Shown here piece after piece: positions 59,035-64,000 of a DNA stretch of 64,000 bases; position 1 is the first letter of the stretch; every line of letters begins with the position of its first letter. The position numbers were made by a program, and so were the translations under genes. The stretch comes from Sphagnum compactum (Eukaryota), in NCBI GenBank assembly GCA_965153455.1, contig OZ234493.1:806001-870000 (forward strand), written 5' to 3'. The notes under the pieces are model-generated. The model was not told the origin of the DNA, did no database searches, and saw only the letters and a list, made by a program, of their open reading frames with translations.

Positions 59035-59413
59035 TCAACCTCTTCTACTTCCAACACCTGCAACTCCCTCACAGCAAAACCGATGATGATGAATTTTTGG
59101 CAGGAGCTTCAACACCTTCCAAACTAAAATTGATCTAATTTTGACACAAATCCAACGGTGGATTTAAGAGAAACAATTAACTAAACCAAATGTCCAGAGG
59201 CTTCACTACGATTCTTTCATGAACCCCTCTTCAACACCCTCTACTTCCAACACCTGCAACTCCCTCACAGCAAAATCGATGATGTTGAATTTTTGGGAGG
59301 AGCTTCTACACCTTTCAAACTAAAACTGATTTAATTTTGACGCAATTCCAATGGTGGATTGCAGAGAAACAATTAACTAAACCAGAAGTCCAGAGGTTTC
59401 ATTACGATTCTTT
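59035..59413. repeat. Tandem duplication, 2 x ~196 bp
   Basis: tctacttccaacacctgcaactccctcacagcaaaa at ~59044 and ~59240; agagaaacaattaactaaacca occurs twice. Confidence 0.92.
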
Positions 59414-60308
59414 GCTACACACAACTCCATTCCATGCTTCATTTTTTCATAACCTTTTCATGAACACTTCCACACACAAGAACTAACAACCTCTCTCACA
59501 CTTCATTCTCCTCTTTCTTCTTTTTTTTTCCATACACACCATGCCTTCTCCTTTTGCAAGCCTCCATGACCTTCCTTGAGCTTCTTTCCCTTGTCCAATT
59601 AAGCTTTGAAATCCTTTTGCACCAATCAATGGCCTCATCATCCTTCAAGGGCCAATGAAAATTTGAGAATGAATGGCCATCCAATTGAAATTAGGATGAG
59701 AATCCATGGGCCCAATGAAACTTAAGAGATATTCCATCCTCCAATCAAAGAGGATGACAATCCTCATGACGAATGGAATTGGAGGATCCAACCTCCCCCT
59801 TATCTTGGATATCTTGATGAGGTCTCTTGAGCTTGATCCTTATCTTTTCCGTCCGTTGACCCTCACATCCTACTTCTTCATCCTAATTACTTCAAGTAAC
59901 TAACTACTAGGATAAATTATCGGTAGTAACAAGGAAGAGTCCTTGAGTTCTTACTTGACTAATTCAATGGTTGAAGTAACATTTCCGTGTAACATTTACT
60001 CCTTCATATTCCCTACCTATTTACTTGACTATGCACTAATTAACTATGTAGTACATAGTAAATTGGAATTACAATTTGCATCACAAAAGAAAAACTCTCA
60101 CATACTTCTAGATCCACCGTTGAATTTAGGGTTTGATGAATCCCTTAGATCTAGGGTGTTCGAGTTTTGATGAAGTTTCGCCGTCATTCCCACGCCTTAC
60201 GCCTACCCTAATTTGTTAAATAAAAAGGCCTCGACCCTTTTTGAACGCAAGTACCACCTTGTTCGTACTACCTTTTTGGTTTTTTTGTTGATGCAGGCGC
60301 AACTAGTC

Positions 60309-60722
60309 ATGGCGGACGACGATGCTACGCCTTCAAATCCTTCGGTCGCACCTGTACAAGAAGAAGAGCTTGAAGAAGCACCGCTCGACTTGGATGTTTC
60401 TCAACGGCCGCACGAAGAAGAACCGCCTAGGAGAGTGGTGCGCACTCGAGTTGCTCGTTCGGTATGGGATCGTCGACTGTCTCCTAACCCACATGCTTTA
60501 GCCATTTATCAAGAGTTTGTTCCTGCTCGTGAAGCCGCGCCAGAAAGGTTTGAAGAGTGCCAGTGCGAAGATGATGATGTCCGTCTCCATTGTCGAACGT
60601 GGGTTCCCGGTGACGGCCATTATCGTTGGCTACGAGGCCCGATCAACCCACTTCCCCTGGAGCATCGAGCCGAGTACCTCGCTCGCACCATCCGTCGCAT
60701 CCTACAATTTTTACAACTGTGA
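60309..60722 (+). CDS. Hypothetical protein, 137 aa, no family recognised
   Basis: Open CpG-rich ORF in AT-rich surroundings. Start context gtcATGG, preceded by a poly-T tract and tgcag| acceptor (60296). TAGGGTTT telo-box-like motif at ~60127. Confidence 0.5.
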   Translation: MADDDATPSNPSVAPVQEEELEEAPLDLDVSQRPHEEEPPRRVVRTRVARSVWDRRLSPNPHALAIYQEFVPAREAAPERFEECQCEDDDVRLHCRTWVPGDGHYRWLRGPINPLPLEHRAEYLARTIRRILQFLQL

Positions 60723-63700
60723 TCTATCCTTTTAGTCAGTTATTCAGTTGTGATTCACTTGAGGCTACTCAGGCGGAACTGTTGCTACTTATGTTTGATT
60801 TTGATTCTATTTCAAAGTCTGATAGAAGTGAAACTAAATAAAGATGTATTAGGACTACATCCTAAAAATCCTACAAGTACATCATTAGTGCTTGAAGATC
60901 ATTCTATAGACTAACTCAACCTTGTCATGCAAAATATTGTTAATTATGGGCTTGTATTCCCTATATATCAATAAATCACATCTAATTCTACATCCTCTTC
61001 CCCTTCTCTACAAACTAAAAAGGATAATGTACTTTTAAAGGTTTACTAGGTCCTAAACTAATTAAGTGTTACATCCACTGAAATAAAGAATTACTCTATG
61101 CCTAGAAATATCACAAAAAACTAATTCAACTTTTAATAATCACTATTTGAAGGTTTATAAGCATTCAAATCATTAGTACTAAAGAAATTTAAGGAACTAA
61201 AGCTTAACTAATTGTTGAGCTACAATCCATGGCTCAAACCTCCTCAAGGGCCCACAAGAATTATGGATCTACAACTGTTTGGGTTGGTGGGTCCTTGTCT
61301 AAAGAGCCATGGTTAAATGATTTTGGGAAGTCTAGAGGCTCCAGAAGAGGAGTGTGGTCCATGTTTGGTTTTATTCACGACAATGAAGATGATGACATGT
61401 GCCACTCTTGGTGCCCCACATGATTGCTTGGGAATAAATAATCTTTAAAAAAATTAAAATAATATTTATTTTTAAAAAAATTATATTTTAAAAAATAAAA
61501 CACCTCATGTCTTCATCTAGAGCCTATAACTAAACAATCAGTTAGTTGTGTGACAAACTCAGACCCAATTGTGCAATCGTTGTATTTGGAGTGCACCTTC
61601 TTTGTCTATAGATATTACTCCCATACAAAAGAGAGAGAGGATGGCAAATCTTATGCCTACTCCTGAAGAGTGAAAGGAAAAAAATGATTAATTATTTATA
61701 TATTGGTGCAAAATCTCTCTCTTAAGGATAAAGTGTACGAATTCCTTCCTCTTGCACCTTACAAATCCCCCTATCCACTCTTTCAGTGGTATCCACAAAG
61801 TACGGAAATTTTATTAAATCCCCGTTTCAGCATTTAATGCACAAGGTTCGAGGTTAGTACTTGTACAGGGAGGAGTAGTGAAAATATATGTAGCAGCGGT
61901 GGAGGCGCTCAGGGAAAAAAGAAAGACAGGATGAAACTCAGTTTATCACCAAAATTGGTGGAAAAAACTAGTTGGGGTCCTAGTTATTTCGCTTTGTAAA
62001 AATTTCATTCCCAGTTACATGTTTGGTGCCCTATTATGTTGAAATTGGCCGTTCTCGTCCCCTAATTGGGAAACTATACAATAACTCTTATATTCCAATT
62101 TGACTTTGGGCCTCTTGAGAGTAGTGAAATTTTAGGATCATTGTTTTTTGGGGTGGGGGGGGGGAGTGTTGTTGTCCCCCCATTGTAAAAGCCTTCAAGA
62201 TTTTTCTTAGTGTAATTGGCTGCCACTTACTTCTGGAACTCCCTGCTCTGAAGGTGTTACACTACATGAATTACACTTGATTTTTTGTATAGGAGAATGG
62301 CCTTTCTTGAGAACCTTTTGAGAATTTAGGTACTTTTCTTGAAGCAAGTAGGCCAGATGGAAGGTACGGAATATGTCGGAAGGTTTGGAATCTTGTTTCT
62401 AATTGGCTGCCTCTACACATGCAAACCAATGAAAATCATTTCTCCAGCTTGCCTAATCTAAACATGAAAATTGTGGATCATCCTGCAAAATATGCTAAAG
62501 CCAATAGTTGTAAGTGTGACTTAGACCTATATATTTCATTACATGTGTATTTATTTCATATTTCTTTTTGCATTTTATGACCTATGATTGAGTTTAAGAT
62601 CACTCTTCACTACCATATGTTGCATGTGTACTTCTTTCACTTTCCATTTGATGAGAATGTGTATAATGTAACTTGTAGGATTAAACTGTGTTTCATTAGT
62701 TTTTGGCTTGAAGTTTCAAGTAAGGAAAAAAGTTAAGAGTTGAGAATTAGTTATTTGTATTATTACCAAAAGAAGAACAATATTCTAACCCTAATCTTTT
62801 CAAATTCCTTCACAAACCTCTCGAATATGTTTGAGAATTTGGAGAATTTTGATACTTACCGACATATACTTAGATGATAAACTTTGAAAAAAAAAACACA
62901 TGTCCTTATCTTATCAAAAAGGTGAATGATGGTCTTTTACTCTTACTTGGGAATGAGAATTCTGAATAGCCTATATACCCTTTTCCTTACTTGAATTAGA
63001 TCTTTTGAAATCGGTTTCAGCAACAAACTGTCAAATAATTAATTATCTTTTAATTTTTAATGTTGGCACTTGGTTTTAATTTTGAAATTTTCGGCAGACA
63101 ATGGGCATATAAAATAATAAATAGTCGCTTTTCAAGGTTGTGGAAATCTAGGGTGTCGTTAAGATGGTACTTGAAGGTTTGTGATTAAAACCTGATAGTT
63201 GAACTTTTGATTTTATGTAAATTTCAGCACAGATACTAAATAATTTTTCAAAAATTTGAAAAAATGAAAAAGAATTTAATTTATGCCAAATCCATTCAGG
63301 TATTACAGTAACCTTACCTGGCCGATATATTAAAAATCAATATACTCACCCAACATGCGTACATACGATTATACTTGCTCCATAGTAATCAATAGTCCGT
63401 GTCTTGAAACCAATAGCTAGACCAGATGGGTATGAAAGTACCCAATACCAGTACCGGCTTGGAATGGGAAAGTGGAGAAGAGGGGCGGGGAAAACCCATA
63501 CCTTTTCCACCCTAAACAAGGACTAGCTAGTCTATTCAAAAGTCTATACCACACCAAGAAGACCTACTTATATTTCCAATATAAAATTCCATCACATTCT
63601 TAAACTGTTGTTCACCTGAGAAATTGGACCAGAGCCGCCTACTCCTTCCCTCACACAAGAATTCTTGGATTAATATTAAAACAGTTAGGTTAATCCATAG

Positions 63701-64000
63701 CTTCTTTCCCTGACCACAGGGATCTAGTCTAGAAACTCTGGCTTCTTCCTTTTTGGTGCTCTTATCTTCAAGAATTGACATAGACAAACCAAGGATTTCC
63801 AGTCTTTTCATATTTATCTTCATATAGTTCCAATTTCTAACTTACGGTACGCAAATTCACCCTCTAAAAAGTATTGTTTTGTTTTGAAACTTAGTAGTGT
63901 GCCATATATATGATGTTATAATTTCGTCAAAATTTGCCTCAAAATAACAAAATTGGTTCAAATTAAATTAGAAAGTAACATTGTCCAAAATATCCTGGAT

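Noticed and set aside
59496-59900. Charged minus-strand reading frame remnant
   Set aside because: Interrupted by stops and no family recognised; too weak to call.
63885-63899. TAGTAGTG as the partner CACTA TIR
   Set aside because: 8-bp match only, flanks differ (aat vs tgc), no AGTTGCA repeats nearby.

Overview
Eukaryotic, intron-rich, AT-rich land-plant nuclear DNA. A moss such as Sphagnum is my inference from gene style and repeat types, not a database result. Intact-looking host genes: an OB-fold nucleic-acid-binding protein (first coding exon only, the rest apparently left of the window), a LEA_2/NDR1-HIN1-like membrane protein, a 15-exon nicotinate phosphoribosyltransferase (NAPRT) with two GC-AG introns, proteasome subunit alpha-6 (PAA), and a PMP3/RCI2 proteolipid. 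Two large decayed DNA transposons lie between them, each next to orphaned host-gene pieces. The first is a Rep/PIF1-helicase Helitron (3' end at 10079) with a lone aldo-keto-reductase exon upstream. The second is a CACTA/En-Spm element (left TIR at 39253, transposase 45267-52059). Between its TIR and transposase it carries a truncated RHM dehydratase pseudogene abutting a UBC8-class E2 pseudogene, and its transposase intron holds a duplicated antisense acidic ORF. Also present: a 300-bp non-autonomous Helitron, MITE-like elements, a tRNA-type SINE candidate, many local tandem duplications (several spanning exon-donor junctions) and a CpG-rich orphan ORF at 60309-60722. No prokaryotic features, CRISPR, rRNA or complete tRNA were seen. 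I found no clearly new biological system; the strongest leads are transposon gene capture and the antisense cargo ORFs.
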